From Halorussus marinus (GTDB taxonomy: Archaea > Halobacteriota > Halobacteria > Halobacteriales > Haladaptataceae), in the NCBI RefSeq assembly GCF_004765795.1, contig NZ_SBIV01000009.1:1-64000 (forward strand): a stretch of DNA of 64,000 nucleotides, read 5' to 3'. This document shows positions 38,640 through 49,315 of the stretch, piece by piece (positions within the stretch are counted from its first letter, which is position 1; each line of letters starts with the position of its first letter). The notes beneath the pieces are model-generated. The model was given only the letters and a program-made list of their open reading frames with translations, searched no databases and was not told the DNA's origin. A program made the translations under genes and the position numbers.

Positions 38640-38803
38640 CGCTGTCGGAGGCTGTCGAGAGGGCGACCCGCCGATTGGTCGGCGTCACGAAATTTGGCAG
38701 TCGGCGCGTCGACTTCGAGCCGGCGCTCTCGGGCGTTCGATCGGCCTTCGAGCACAAGTCGGCGTTCGCGAGTCGTTAAAAGACGCTCACGGACGGGGGC
38801 GAC

Positions 38804-39931
38804 CTACTCGTCGGTCGCGTCGGTCTCCTCGTCCGAGCCGGGGCCGCCTGCGCGCTCGGCCCCGTCGGCCTCGGCGTCGCCGAGTATCCCGGCCACGTCG
38901 GCGTGGTCGTACAGCAGATCGCGCATGATCTCGACCGTCTCGGCGTCCCGAGTGCGCCCGCTCCGGACCACGTCCTCGGCGCGTTCGACGGTCGTCAGGG
39001 TGTCCGACTGGACCAGCAGGATGGGGACGCCCTTCTCCTCGGCCTTCCCGACCACGGCGCCCGGCGGCCGGAACCCGCCGGTCAGGATCAGACACTTCAC
39101 GCCCGGCGCTTCGAGCGCGACCCGCTGGAGGTCGGGGCGGTCGCCGCCGGTGATGAGCGCGGCGTCTTTCGTCCGCCGGAGATGTCGGAGCGCCGAGTCG
39201 CCCGACATCGCGCCGACGAGGAATCGCTCGACGAAGGCGTCGGCCGGCGCGTCGGTCAGCCGCTCGGCCGACAGCTCCTCGGCGAGGGCCGCGACGGTGA
39301 CCCCCGCCAGCTCCTGTTCGCGCGGGACCACCCCGAGCACGGGCACGTCCCGGCCTTCGAGGAACGGCACGACCTCGGTGTCGAGGTCGTCGAAGCTCGC
39401 GTCCGGGACCGCATTGAACAGGACGCCGAGCAGTCGGTCGCCGACGTCGTCGGCCGCCGCGAGCACGTCGTCGACGTCGCCGGCCTGTCCGTACTCCGAG
39501 AGCAACAGCACCTCGGCGTCGAGCAGGTCGGCGACCTCGGGGTCGGTCAGGCCGACGATGCCGCCCGTGGTGAGCTTCCCGCCGCCCTCGACGATCATGA
39601 GGTCTTTGTCCGCGGCGAGCGCCTCGAAGCTCTCCCGGACGCCCTCCCGGAGCTCGTCGGGGTCCTCGCGGCCGCGGATCGCCTGCTCGACGAACGTCGG
39701 CGAGTAGACGACCGGTTCGAGCTCGTGCATCTCGGCGTCCAGATCGAGCAGTTCCCGGGCCAGCATCGGGTCTTCGTCTAAGGTCTTGCCGACGTTGCTC
39801 TGGAGCCGGGTGCCCTTGGGTTTCATGTAGCCGACCGACTGGCCGCGCTCGGCCGCGAGCTTCGCGAGCGCGAGCGCGACCGCGGTCTTGCCTGTGCTGT
39901 CTTCTGTCGCGGTGACGAGTATGGTTTTCAT
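38804..39931 (-). CDS. Phosphotransacetylase N-terminal-like (BioD/DRTGG) protein
   Basis: STGKT, GYMKPKG, LITGGDR; no Pta catalytic domain. Confidence 0.88.
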   Translation of the reverse strand: MKTILVTATEDSTGKTAVALALAKLAAERGQSVGYMKPKGTRLQSNVGKTLDEDPMLARELLDLDAEMHELEPVVYSPTFVEQAIRGREDPDELREGVRESFEALAADKDLMIVEGGGKLTTGGIVGLTDPEVADLLDAEVLLLSEYGQAGDVDDVLAAADDVGDRLLGVLFNAVPDASFDDLDTEVVPFLEGRDVPVLGVVPREQELAGVTVAALAEELSAERLTDAPADAFVERFLVGAMSGDSALRHLRRTKDAALITGGDRPDLQRVALEAPGVKCLILTGGFRPPGAVVGKAEEKGVPILLVQSDTLTTVERAEDVVRSGRTRDAETVEIMRDLLYDHADVAGILGDAEADGAERAGGPGSDEETDATDE

Positions 39932-42090
39932 AGCTCCTCCCTATCTACGGTGAGTCGCACGTCCACGGCGTCGACCCCGTCGGGGCCGGCGACGAGGGGG
40001 TTGACGTCCAGTTCGAGGATCGCGGGGAAGTCGGTCACGAGCTGCGAGAGCCGCTGGAGGCTCTCGACGATGGCTTCCCGGTCGGCGGGGTCGCGTCCGC
40101 GCGCGCCCCGGAGCAGGGGCGCCGACCGGATCCCGTCGACCATCTCGGTCGCCTCGCGCTCGCTGACGGGCGCGACCCGCGTCTCGGTGTCTTCGAGAAT
40201 CTCGACGAAGATGCCGCCGAGCCCGAACAGCAACAGCGGGCCGAACTGCGGGTCGCGGTTCATCCCGATGATGGTCTCGGTGCCGGCGTCGAGGTCGACC
40301 ATCTCCTGAACCTGAACGCCCAAGATCTCGGCGTCGGGCTGGTAGTTGCGCGCCCGGGTCACGAGGTCCTCGAAGGCGTCGTAGACGTCCTCGTTCGGGA
40401 CACCGACCCGGACGCCCCCGATGTCGGACTTGTGGAGGATGTCCGGGCTGACGATCTTCATCACGACCTCGCCGTCGATGCCCTGAGCCGCCTCGACGGC
40501 GTCCTCGGGGGTCTCGGCGATGGTGCCGTCGGGCGTCGGGATGCCGTAGGCGTCGAGCAGGTCCATGGCCTCGACGCCGAGGCGGTTGTCGCCGCGCTCG
40601 TCGGCGCGCTCCAAGATCTCGCGGGCGCGCTCGCGGTCCACGTCGAACCGCTCGGGGGCCTCGTACTCGCGGTCCCGGACGTTCCGGTACCGGACCATCG
40701 CGTCGAGGCTCCCGACCGCCCGGGCCGGGTCGAAGTAGTTAGGGATGCCGCCCTCACGCAGGATCTCGCGGGCGGAGTCGGTGCGCTCGCCGCCCATCAG
40801 GACCGACGCGATCGGCTTGCCGTGCTCGGCCTGCAGGTCGGTGATCACCTCCGCGAGGTCGTCGAAGTCGATGACCGCGGTCGGGGCCGAGAGCACGACC
40901 GCCGACCCCACGTTGTCGTCGGCCAGCGCGAGGTCGAGCGCCTCGGCGAACCGGTCGACGTCGGCGTCGCCGATGGCGTCGATCGGGTTGTAGATGTTGG
41001 CCTCGTCGGGCATCGCACCCGAGAGCGCATCGAGGGTCTCCTCGGAGAACGAGGCGAGCGAGAGCGCCGAGTCGCCCACCGCGTCGGTGGTCATCACGCC
41101 CGGACCGCCCGCGTTTGTCACGATCGCCACGTCGTCGGAGTCTGGCAACGGCTGGCCCGACAGGATCTGGGCGAAGTCGAACAGCTCCTGGACGTTCTCG
41201 ACCCGGAGGACGCCGGCCTGTTCGAGCCCGGCCTCGTAGGCCTGCTCGCTCCCCGCGAGCGTTCCGGTGTGCGAGGAGACCGCCTGTGCGCCGGCCTCGG
41301 TCCGGCCGGACTTGACCATCACGATCGGCGTGTCCTCGGTCGCCTCGCGGGCGGCGTCGATGAACTCCGCGCCGTTCTCGACGCCCTCCAGATAGCCGAG
41401 GATGACGTCGGTGTCCGGGTCCTCGGCCCACGCCTCGACGAAGTCGGTCTCGTCGAGCACCGCCTTGTTGCCGAGCGAGACCACGTCCTTGAAGCCGATG
41501 CCCTGATCGTTGGCCCAGTCGAGGACCGCGGTGATGAACGCGCCCGATTGGCTCATGAACGAAATCGAGCCCGACAGCGCGTTCTCGGGGCCGAACGTGG
41601 CGTTCAGCCCGACCGGCGTGCTCATCACGCCGAGGCTGTTGGGCCCGACCAGATTCAGGTCGTACTCCTCGGCGACCGCGGTGAGTTCTCGCTCGCGGCT
41701 GGCGCCCTCGCTTCCGGTCTCGCCGAAGCCGGCGGTGATGACGACCACGTTTCGAACCCCGGCCTCGCCACACTGCTCGACCGCCTCGACCGCGATCGAC
41801 GGCGGCACGACGACGACAGCGAGGTTCAGTTCGCCCGGTACCGACTCGATATCGGGGTAACAGTCCAGTCCCAACACGTCGTCGTAGTTCGGATTCACCG
41901 GGACCGTCTCGCCCGCGAAGTCGGCGACGAGGTTGTCGACGATGGCGCGGCCGATGGACCCCTCGCTCTCGGTCGCGCCGACGACGGCGACCCGATCGGG
42001 GTCGAACAGTCCCGACAGCCCGCCGGTCGCCCGGCCGGCGTCCGAGGCCTGCGTCTCTTCGCTATCCAGACCACCCGTGTTCTCGTCCAC
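39928..42090 (-). CDS. acd: Acetate--CoA ligase (ADP-forming), fused alpha-beta
   Basis: VGPNSLG, SQSGA, SSHTGTLAG, TNAGGPG, KIVSPDILHKSDIGGV, ELDVNP. Confidence 0.94.
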   Translation of the reverse strand: MDENTGGLDSEETQASDAGRATGGLSGLFDPDRVAVVGATESEGSIGRAIVDNLVADFAGETVPVNPNYDDVLGLDCYPDIESVPGELNLAVVVVPPSIAVEAVEQCGEAGVRNVVVITAGFGETGSEGASRERELTAVAEEYDLNLVGPNSLGVMSTPVGLNATFGPENALSGSISFMSQSGAFITAVLDWANDQGIGFKDVVSLGNKAVLDETDFVEAWAEDPDTDVILGYLEGVENGAEFIDAAREATEDTPIVMVKSGRTEAGAQAVSSHTGTLAGSEQAYEAGLEQAGVLRVENVQELFDFAQILSGQPLPDSDDVAIVTNAGGPGVMTTDAVGDSALSLASFSEETLDALSGAMPDEANIYNPIDAIGDADVDRFAEALDLALADDNVGSAVVLSAPTAVIDFDDLAEVITDLQAEHGKPIASVLMGGERTDSAREILREGGIPNYFDPARAVGSLDAMVRYRNVRDREYEAPERFDVDRERAREILERADERGDNRLGVEAMDLLDAYGIPTPDGTIAETPEDAVEAAQGIDGEVVMKIVSPDILHKSDIGGVRVGVPNEDVYDAFEDLVTRARNYQPDAEILGVQVQEMVDLDAGTETIIGMNRDPQFGPLLLFGLGGIFVEILEDTETRVAPVSEREATEMVDGIRSAPLLRGARGRDPADREAIVESLQRLSQLVTDFPAILELDVNPLVAGPDGVDAVDVRLTVDREEL

Positions 42091-42429
42091 GTTCGACGGT
42101 TCGCCGGAGTCGCGCTTAAAAGTGGCGTCACGTTACAGCGCCGCGGGAATCGACGCCGGCGGGGCGAGGCCCACCGGCGCGACCGAGCCCTCGTCGTCGC
42201 GTCGGTGATCGCGGACGTAATCGAGTCGTAACCGAACACAGGTCGACCCGGACTCGTGCTGGGCCGAGTCGTCGGGGCCGCGGGCCGACCGGTCGGCGAG
42301 CAGTCGGCGTCGCGGTCGCCGGTAACGCGAATTATTCACTCGGGACGAAATCAAGAATTCGGACGGTTCGACGGCGTGAAGCTGGTAAATGGTGCATAAT
42401 TATACGTCCGCATCTGCTGGGTTCACTCG

Positions 42430-43941
42430 ATGTCAGAATCCGGGAAGACAGCCAAACCACTGTCGACGGCGCTCCCCGACCCCGAGGACGCGGACAACGT
42501 CGAGTACGACCCGTCGCTCGACCGACTCAGAGCACTCTCGTCGCACCTCGAAACCGAGACGGCCTTTGGCTCGCCGTCGTACGTCAGCGACGAGCGCTCG
42601 CGCAACGCCGACCGGACGAAAAACGCGGTCGACGACGACTTCGGCGCCGGCGACTACGCACACGTCGAGGCCGCCGTCGAGTACGCCCGCTCGAACGAGA
42701 TGGTGTGTCTCGACCGCCGGATGGGCCGCCACCCAGACCACTCGTACGTCTGCCGGCTCTACGTCCCGGCCGAGTACGGCCGGATCGCGCTGGCGTGGGC
42801 GAAGCTGTTCGAACCCGTCGAGGGCAACCCCGAGCCGGACTTCCGGACGGTGCAGGTGCCCGACGCCGACGAGACCGCGATCCGAATCCTGCCCGAGGAG
42901 GGGCTGACCGCGGTCCGCGGGAGCGACTACACCGGCGAGGCCAAAAAGTCGTTCCTCCGGCTGTTCATGTTCTACGCGAAGAAGAAGGGCGGGCTCGGGC
43001 TCCACGCCGGGAGCAAGCGCGTCACCCTCGAACGCGACGGCGACCTCGAGGAGGTCGGCCAGCTGTTCCTCGGGTTGTCGGCCACCGGGAAGTCGACGCT
43101 GACCGCACACGGCCTCTGGCTCGACGCCCCCGAGTCCGCGACCATGCTTCAGGACGACGTCTGTGCGCTGTTGCCCGACGGCACCGTCGCGGGCAGCGAG
43201 GGCAACGGGCTGTACGTCAAGACCATCGGCCTCGACGCCGACGAACAGCCCGCGATGTACGAGGCGGTGACCCACGAGTCGGCGGTGCTGGAGAACGTCG
43301 ACGTGGCAGACGACGGGACCGTCGACTTCGACAGCGATCGGCACACCGCGAACGGCCGGGCGGTCATCGAGCGCGACCACCTCGCGTCGGCGGGCGAGGA
43401 CGTCGATCTCGACTCGGTCGATCAGATCTTCTTCATCACGCGCAACCCGACGATGCCGCCGGTCGCGAAGCTCTCGCCCGAACGGGCCGCCGCGGCGTTC
43501 ATGCTCGGGGAGTCCATCCAGACCAGCGCGGGCGACCCCTCGAAGGCCGGCGAGTCGATCCGCGTAGTCGGCACCAACCCCTTCATCGTCGGGTCGAAGG
43601 GCGAGGAGGGCAACCGCTTTCGGGAACTGGTGGCGGATCTCGACGTCGACTGCTTCGTGCTCAACACCGGCCACCTCGGCGCGAAGTCGAAAGACATCGG
43701 CGTCGCCGAGTCGGTGACGCTCCTCCGGGAGATCGCGCGGGGCACCGTCGAGTGGGAGTTCGACGACACCCTCGGGCTGACGATCCCCAGCGAGGTGCCC
43801 GGAATGGACGTCTCGGCGTTCTACGTCCCCGACCACGTCGAGGAGTTCGACCGCGAGCAAGAGCGGATGCGGACCGAGCGCCGGACCCACCTCGACACCT
43901 TCGCGGACCTCGCCGACGAGATCCGGGACGCGGTGTACTAG
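42430..43941 (+). CDS. pckA: Phosphoenolpyruvate carboxykinase (ATP)
   Basis: YTGEAKKS, LHAG, GLSATGKST, QDD, EGNGLYVK, LNTG. Confidence 0.9.
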   Translation: MSESGKTAKPLSTALPDPEDADNVEYDPSLDRLRALSSHLETETAFGSPSYVSDERSRNADRTKNAVDDDFGAGDYAHVEAAVEYARSNEMVCLDRRMGRHPDHSYVCRLYVPAEYGRIALAWAKLFEPVEGNPEPDFRTVQVPDADETAIRILPEEGLTAVRGSDYTGEAKKSFLRLFMFYAKKKGGLGLHAGSKRVTLERDGDLEEVGQLFLGLSATGKSTLTAHGLWLDAPESATMLQDDVCALLPDGTVAGSEGNGLYVKTIGLDADEQPAMYEAVTHESAVLENVDVADDGTVDFDSDRHTANGRAVIERDHLASAGEDVDLDSVDQIFFITRNPTMPPVAKLSPERAAAAFMLGESIQTSAGDPSKAGESIRVVGTNPFIVGSKGEEGNRFRELVADLDVDCFVLNTGHLGAKSKDIGVAESVTLLREIARGTVEWEFDDTLGLTIPSEVPGMDVSAFYVPDHVEEFDREQERMRTERRTHLDTFADLADEIRDAVY

Positions 43942-43948
43942 CCCGCGA

Positions 43949-44170
43949 TCACTCCGCGTTTCGCGAGCAGGTGTCGATCCCGAACAGTGCGTTCACGCCG
44001 CAGAACTGCGTGGCGGCGTTGAACAGCAGTCCGCCGCCCGCGAGCGCCGCGACGACCGCGAGGGGACCGCGACCGGTGACCGACGCGACGACCGCGAGTC
44101 CGGCCAGCGCCGCGCCGGCGACGCCGCGGGCGAGGCGGTCTGTGCCGCCGACGTTTTTCCGTAGTGGCAT
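43949..44170 (-). CDS. DUF2892 (YgaP-like) membrane protein
   Basis: KNVGGTDRLAR...FCGVNALFGIDTC. Confidence 0.85.
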   Translation of the reverse strand: MPLRKNVGGTDRLARGVAGAALAGLAVVASVTGRGPLAVVAALAGGGLLFNAATQFCGVNALFGIDTCSRNAE

Positions 44171-44259
44171 AGACGCTACTGAGGACCGAACGCAGTTAAC
44201 GGTACTCCCGGCGGAAGTGGCCCCGAAGTAATATGTGTGCAAAGAGTCAAGAATCGGCC

Positions 44260-44436
44260 ATGTCCGAGAACGACGCCGAGTGGGTCGGCTTACTGACCAC
44301 CGGGCTGGCCGTGTTCGTCGTCGCCCACCTGTTGCTCGCGGATACGATCTGGTACCTGCAGTACGGATCGTACGCGGTCGCGTTCGCACTGCTGTTGGCC
44401 GCCATGGTTCGATCCGACGCGGCCGAGACGGCGTGA
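44260..44436 (+). CDS. Small 2-TM hypothetical protein
   Basis: 58 aa hydrophobic; TAATAT about 27 nt upstream. Confidence 0.6.
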   Translation: MSENDAEWVGLLTTGLAVFVVAHLLLADTIWYLQYGSYAVAFALLLAAMVRSDAAETA

Positions 44437-44470
44437 GCGCAGTGACTCCGCGCTCGGACTTCAGCCGACG

Positions 44471-44878
44471 TTACGCCGCGCGGTCGTGGGCCCGTCGGAC
44501 CGCCCGCTCTAAGGCCTCCCGATCCGGGGAAAATCGGAGATGCGAGTCACAGTCACAGTCCGACGCCCCGAGGCCCGCGATCGGCTCGGCGTCGAGCGCG
44601 CCGCTGACCGCACACTCGACGTCGGCGTCCGCGGTCCTGACGGCCTCGACGATCCGGCTCGCGGGGTGGCCCAGCAGGTAATCGACGTGCCAGTGGCGGG
44701 CGTCGCGCTCCCCGCGGGCGAGTTCGCGGTGGCGCTCGACCCGCGCGAACCCGCCCGGACCGAACGCGCTCCCGGTGTAGGCGTACCAGCCCGCCGGGAG
44801 GTCCCGGGCGCCCGCGGCGCCGAACTCGACGGTGGCCGACTCGCGGAGTTCCACCACGAGCGTGTAAGTGCCTTTCAT
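44471..44878 (-). CDS. GIY-YIG/Uri-superfamily endonuclease (DUF123)
   Basis: KGTYTL, YAYTGSA, HWHVDYLL, GASDCDCDSHL. Confidence 0.88.
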   Translation of the reverse strand: MKGTYTLVVELRESATVEFGAAGARDLPAGWYAYTGSAFGPGGFARVERHRELARGERDARHWHVDYLLGHPASRIVEAVRTADADVECAVSGALDAEPIAGLGASDCDCDSHLRFSPDREALERAVRRAHDRAA

Positions 44879-44880
44879 AC

Positions 44881-45306
44881 TCAGAGGTGCGAGAGGACGA
44901 GCGCCCCGCCGACCGCGAGCATCGTCAGGCCGTTCAGCGCGACCGACTGCTTGTGGTACTGGGCGAACGCGTCCTCGCCGGCCCGGTCCATCTTCGGCAC
45001 GAGCACCCACCGGGCGTACGCGGCGTTGGCCGCGCCGATCCCGGCGAGCGCGAGCACGCCCAGCCGGTTCGAGTCGAACTCCCCAGACAGCCCGGCGGCG
45101 ACCGCCCCGAGGCCCGCGATGGCGCCGAGCGCGACGCCGAAGACGTAGTACTTGGGGAAGATGGCGTTGACCACCCGCCCGGCGTCGTCGCCGAGCACGT
45201 CGAAGACGGTGGGCGCGCCCACGAACGAGAAAAACAGCATGCTCCCGAGCCAGACGCCGAGCGCGGCGTCGACGACGACCGCGAGCGCGGTTTGTGCGAG
45301 GCTCAT
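44881..45306 (-). CDS. DUF4149 membrane protein
   Basis: WLGSMLFFSFVGAPTVF, FPKYY, FAQYHKQSVALN. Confidence 0.82.
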   Translation of the reverse strand: MSLAQTALAVVVDAALGVWLGSMLFFSFVGAPTVFDVLGDDAGRVVNAIFPKYYVFGVALGAIAGLGAVAAGLSGEFDSNRLGVLALAGIGAANAAYARWVLVPKMDRAGEDAFAQYHKQSVALNGLTMLAVGGALVLSHL

Positions 45307-45355
45307 GCCCGGCGGTTGGGAGCCCGCCCAAATCAACCGTTTGGAACCGGCCGAG

Positions 45356-45832
45356 CTACTCGGCCACGTCCGCGACCGTGCCGCCCGAGAGGTCGACGAG
45401 CGTCTCGGGGTCGATCGGGAACACCGCCTCGGGCGTGCCGGCGGCGGCCCACACCGTCTCGAAGGTGGTCAGCGTCTCGTCGACGTACACCGGCACGTCG
45501 GCGTCGTGGCAGAACGGCGGCACCCCGCCGATCGACCACCCGAGGACCGACTTGATCTCGGCGGCGTCGGCCATCCCGACCGCCTCGGGGGCGACGCCCC
45601 TGTGCTCGGCGACCTTCGCCTCGCTGACCCGGTTGGCGCCGCTGGTGACGACGACGACGAGCGAGTCGTCGGCCCGCATCGCGATACTGCTGGCGATCTG
45701 GGCCACGTCGCAACCGATCGCCTCGGCGGCGTCGGCGGCGGTCTTGGTCCCCTCGGGGAACTCTTCCACGTCGGGGTCGAAGCCGTACTCCCTGCTCGCG
45801 CGCTCGGTGAACTCGCTCGCTCGCTGGTGCAT
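45356..45832 (-). CDS. YbaK/EbsC aminoacyl-tRNA editing-domain protein
   Basis: TKTAADAA, GWSIGGVPPF, WAAAGT. Confidence 0.9.
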   Translation of the reverse strand: MHQRASEFTERASREYGFDPDVEEFPEGTKTAADAAEAIGCDVAQIASSIAMRADDSLVVVVTSGANRVSEAKVAEHRGVAPEAVGMADAAEIKSVLGWSIGGVPPFCHDADVPVYVDETLTTFETVWAAAGTPEAVFPIDPETLVDLSGGTVADVAE

Positions 45833-45914
45833 GGCACAGAGTAGCGAGCCCCGGGTTCAAATAGGTCGGGCGAAACGGCAAACCGCGCGGCTCGGTCGAC
45901 CGACTCCTCCCGGC

Positions 45915-46730
45915 TCACTCCGGGGGCGCGTCCCAGTCGTCGCCCCGATCGACCGGGTCGTACCCGAGGACCTCGCGAGCGTGATCGAGGTCGACCCACC
46001 GGCGGTCCGGGTCGTTGTCGCTGACGCCGTAGAAGACGTCGAACTCCACGCGCTCGTCGGCGAGACAGCACTCGACCATGTGGGCGAAGTCCCGGCGGGA
46101 CTGCCAGGTCCCCTTCAGCCGGGCGACCATCCGGTCGTACTCCGCGCTGTCGCGCTCCCACCGGCCGTCCTCGACGCCGCGCTCGGCGTCGCCGTAGGGG
46201 TGGTCGTACTCGGGGTCCCGGATGCTACAGATCCGGAGAGCGTACACCCGGAGGTCGCGGTTCTCGGCGTAGAATCGCGCGAAGTCCTCGCCGGCGGCCT
46301 TCGAGGCGCCGTACGGCGAGTCGGGGCGGACCGGGTCGGCGTGGTCGACGCTCAGTTCGAAGTCCCGCGAGTAGATCTCGGGCGCGTTGTCGACCTCGTA
46401 CATCCCGACGGCGTGGATCGAGGAGGCGAACACGAAGCGTTCGACGCCGGCGTCGGCGGCGGCTTCGAGCGCGTTCTGGGTGCCGACGACGTTGTTCTCT
46501 AACACGTCGGGCCACGTCCCGTCGGTGCTGGGGTAGGCCGCGAGGTGGACCACGGCGTCCTGACCGTCGAAGGCCGGACGGATCGCGTCGTAGTCGCTCA
46601 CGTCCGCGACGACCGTCTCGCGGTCGGGGTGGTCCTCGCGGTCGAGCAGCGTGAACTCGTGGTCGTCGCCGAGGGAGTCGGTGACGGCGGTGCCGACGGT
46701 GCCGTGCGCGCCGGTGAGCAAGACGTCCAT
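45915..46730 (-). CDS. NAD-dependent epimerase/dehydratase-family oxidoreductase
   Basis: TGAHGTVG, VHLAA, FASSIHA, YGASK. Confidence 0.9.
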   Translation of the reverse strand: MDVLLTGAHGTVGTAVTDSLGDDHEFTLLDREDHPDRETVVADVSDYDAIRPAFDGQDAVVHLAAYPSTDGTWPDVLENNVVGTQNALEAAADAGVERFVFASSIHAVGMYEVDNAPEIYSRDFELSVDHADPVRPDSPYGASKAAGEDFARFYAENRDLRVYALRICSIRDPEYDHPYGDAERGVEDGRWERDSAEYDRMVARLKGTWQSRRDFAHMVECCLADERVEFDVFYGVSDNDPDRRWVDLDHAREVLGYDPVDRGDDWDAPPE

Positions 46731-46827
46731 ACAATCTGCGGGAGCGACACGCCCTTAGTTCGGTCGGGGAAAACCTGCCCCAATCCAAAGGGAAAACTGT
46801 TTGAAATCGCTGGCCGCACTCCGAGGC

Positions 46828-48603
46828 ATGCAAGTCCGTATCAGCGACGGGGCGACCGACGACGAGGCCGCCGCCATCGCGGCGGCGCTCGCCCGCCACG
46901 TCCGCGACGAGGTGGAAGTGTACGTCGGGGACGCAGACGCCCCCGCGGTCGTCCGCGACCGGCCGACCGCCGGATCGACCGAGCGCCCGACGGCCGGCGT
47001 CGAAGCCGACCACGCCGACGGCCTCGGCCCCACCGACCGCGAGGAGCGCCTGTGGGACGAGATCGAGGACATCGAACTGGGCGGCCCCGAGAAGTACAAA
47101 GCGCGCCTCGACGAGCAGGGCAAGCTGTTCGTCCGGGATCGGCTCGACCTCTGGTTCGGCGAGGACGGACTGCTGTTCGAGGACGGGAAGTTCGCGAACT
47201 TCGACGCGTGGCACCCCGACAGCCCCGAAGTCGAGGCCGACAACGACGACCGACTCCCGGGCGACGGCCTGCTGACCGGCGCCGCCGAGTTCGAGGGCCG
47301 ACAGCTCCACTTCATGGCCAACGACTTCACGGTCAAGGCGGGGTCGATGGCCCAGAAGGGCGTCGAGAAGTTCCTCCGGATGCAACAGCGCGCGCTGAAG
47401 TCGGGCAAGCCCGTCCTCTATCTGATGGACTCCTCGGGCGGCCGCATCGACCAGCAGACCGGCTTTTTCGCCAACCGCGAGGGCATCGGGAAGTACTACT
47501 ACAACCACTCGATGCTCTCCGGGCGGGTGCCCCAGATCTGCGTGCTCTACGGGCCCTGCATCGCGGGCGCGGCCTACACGCCGGTGTTCGCGGACTTCAC
47601 GATCATGGTCCGGGACATGTCGGCGATGGCGATCGCCTCCCCCCGGATGGTCCAGATGGTCACCGGCGAAGACATCGAACTCGAGGAGCTGGGCGGCCCG
47701 GACGTCCACGCCCGCCAGTCGGGAAGCGCCGACCTCGTGGCCGACGACGAGGAGCACGCCCGCCAGCTCGTCGCCGACCTCGTCTCCTATCTCCCCGACA
47801 GCGCCGACGAGAAGCCGCCCCAAACCGAAGGGACGCCCCCGTCGAAGGCCCCCGAGGGAATCGACTCGATCGTGCCCCAAGAGCCCAACAAGGGCTACGA
47901 CATGACCGACGTGATCGACCGGGTGATCGACGCGGGGTCGTACTTCGAACTCAAGCCCGAGTACGGCAAGGAGATCATCACCGCGTTCGCCCGGATCGAC
48001 GGCCGGCCGGTCGGCATCGTCGCGAACCAGCCCGCCCAGCGGGCCGGCGCAATCTTCCCGGACGCCGCCGAGAAGGCCGCGGAGTTCATCTGGACCTGCG
48101 ACGCCTACGATATTCCGCTCCTGTACCTCTGTGACACCCCCGGCTTCATGGCGGGCTCGCAGGTCGAGAAAGACGCCATCCTCGAGAAGGGCAAGAAGTT
48201 CATCTACGCCACCTCCTCGGCGACCGTCCCCAAGCAGACCGTCGTCGTCCGGAAGGCCTACGGCGCGGGCATCTACGCGATGGGCGGCCCCGCCTACGAC
48301 CCCGAGAGCGTCCTCGGACTCCCGTCGGGTGAGATCGCGATCATGGGGCCCGAAGCCGCCATCAACGCGGTCTACGCCCGGAAGCTCGCCGAGATCGACG
48401 ACGAGGACGAGCGCGCCCGCAAAGAGCAAGAGCTCCGCGAGGAGTACCGCGAGGACATCGACGTCCACCGGATGGCGAGTGAGGTCGTCATCGACGAGAT
48501 CGTCCCGCCGAGCACCCTGCGGACCGAACTCGTCAACCGGTTCGACTTCTACGAGGGCATCGAGAAGGACCTGCCCGACAAGAAGCACGGCACGATCCTG
48601 TAA
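46828..48603 (+). CDS. Acyl-CoA carboxylase carboxyltransferase (beta) subunit
   Basis: DFTVKAGS, DSSGGRI, GPCIAGAAY, DTPGFMAG, RKAYGAG, KKHG. Confidence 0.94.
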   Translation: MQVRISDGATDDEAAAIAAALARHVRDEVEVYVGDADAPAVVRDRPTAGSTERPTAGVEADHADGLGPTDREERLWDEIEDIELGGPEKYKARLDEQGKLFVRDRLDLWFGEDGLLFEDGKFANFDAWHPDSPEVEADNDDRLPGDGLLTGAAEFEGRQLHFMANDFTVKAGSMAQKGVEKFLRMQQRALKSGKPVLYLMDSSGGRIDQQTGFFANREGIGKYYYNHSMLSGRVPQICVLYGPCIAGAAYTPVFADFTIMVRDMSAMAIASPRMVQMVTGEDIELEELGGPDVHARQSGSADLVADDEEHARQLVADLVSYLPDSADEKPPQTEGTPPSKAPEGIDSIVPQEPNKGYDMTDVIDRVIDAGSYFELKPEYGKEIITAFARIDGRPVGIVANQPAQRAGAIFPDAAEKAAEFIWTCDAYDIPLLYLCDTPGFMAGSQVEKDAILEKGKKFIYATSSATVPKQTVVVRKAYGAGIYAMGGPAYDPESVLGLPSGEIAIMGPEAAINAVYARKLAEIDDEDERARKEQELREEYREDIDVHRMASEVVIDEIVPPSTLRTELVNRFDFYEGIEKDLPDKKHGTIL

Positions 48604-48609
48604 TCGGGG

Positions 48610-49041
48610 TCACTCGCCCCTCAGGGCGTCGGCCAACACCGCCAGCGCCAGCCCCAGCAGTCCCACGTCGCGGGCGATCACGTCGCCGAAGCGCCCGGAC
48701 GTCGCCCACACGACCGCGAGGTAGCCGATCGTGGCGGTCAGCGACGCGGCGGCCACCGACGCCGCGACGCCGGTGTACCGGTCGGCGACCAGTAGCAGGG
48801 CGAACCCGATTTCGAGCCACCCGTTGACGAGCATGAACGCGACGGGCGAGACGACCAACAGCGGTGCGAGCCAGTCGACGACGTACACCGCCCACGCCCC
48901 GGGGTTCAGTAGCTTGTGGACACCCGCCGCGAGCAACATCCCGCCGAGCCCCCACCGCGCGAGCGTCGGGGACGGCGGGAGCGCCCGGGCCGCTCGGTCG
49001 GCCACCGATTCGAGCACCGACGAACCGTCGCTGGTCGACAT
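48610..49041 (-). CDS. DoxX-family membrane protein
   Basis: ARWGLG..AGVHKL, EIGFALLL, RDVGLLG. Confidence 0.8.
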   Translation of the reverse strand: MSTSDGSSVLESVADRAARALPPSPTLARWGLGGMLLAAGVHKLLNPGAWAVYVVDWLAPLLVVSPVAFMLVNGWLEIGFALLLVADRYTGVAASVAAASLTATIGYLAVVWATSGRFGDVIARDVGLLGLALAVLADALRGE

Positions 49042-49315
49042 GCGGCCGGCTACGGACCCGGCCGCCGAAAGTCCCGCGGTCGAGCGACGCCACCCCCCGG
49101 CGCGGGCTCGGAGCCCTCGAACGAGGCGCGTAACGCCGAGTTGTCCGCCGAAACCGACGCTACAGGGGGCGTCGCCCGGATCGGGGCGGCGAGCGCGACG
49201 GTCGGTTCGGCCGGGTTAATCCGGCGTGTCACCGACTAAGGAGCCTCATAACAATCCGGGAGCCCGTCCTCTTTGCGTCCGTGAGGCGGAGCGCTCGCGC
49301 CCGCACCTGATATCT

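Noticed and set aside
44471..44878. GIY-YIG nuclease as a homing endonuclease or mobile element
   Set aside because: DUF123-type stand-alone archaeal family; no intron, intein or flanking repeats seen.
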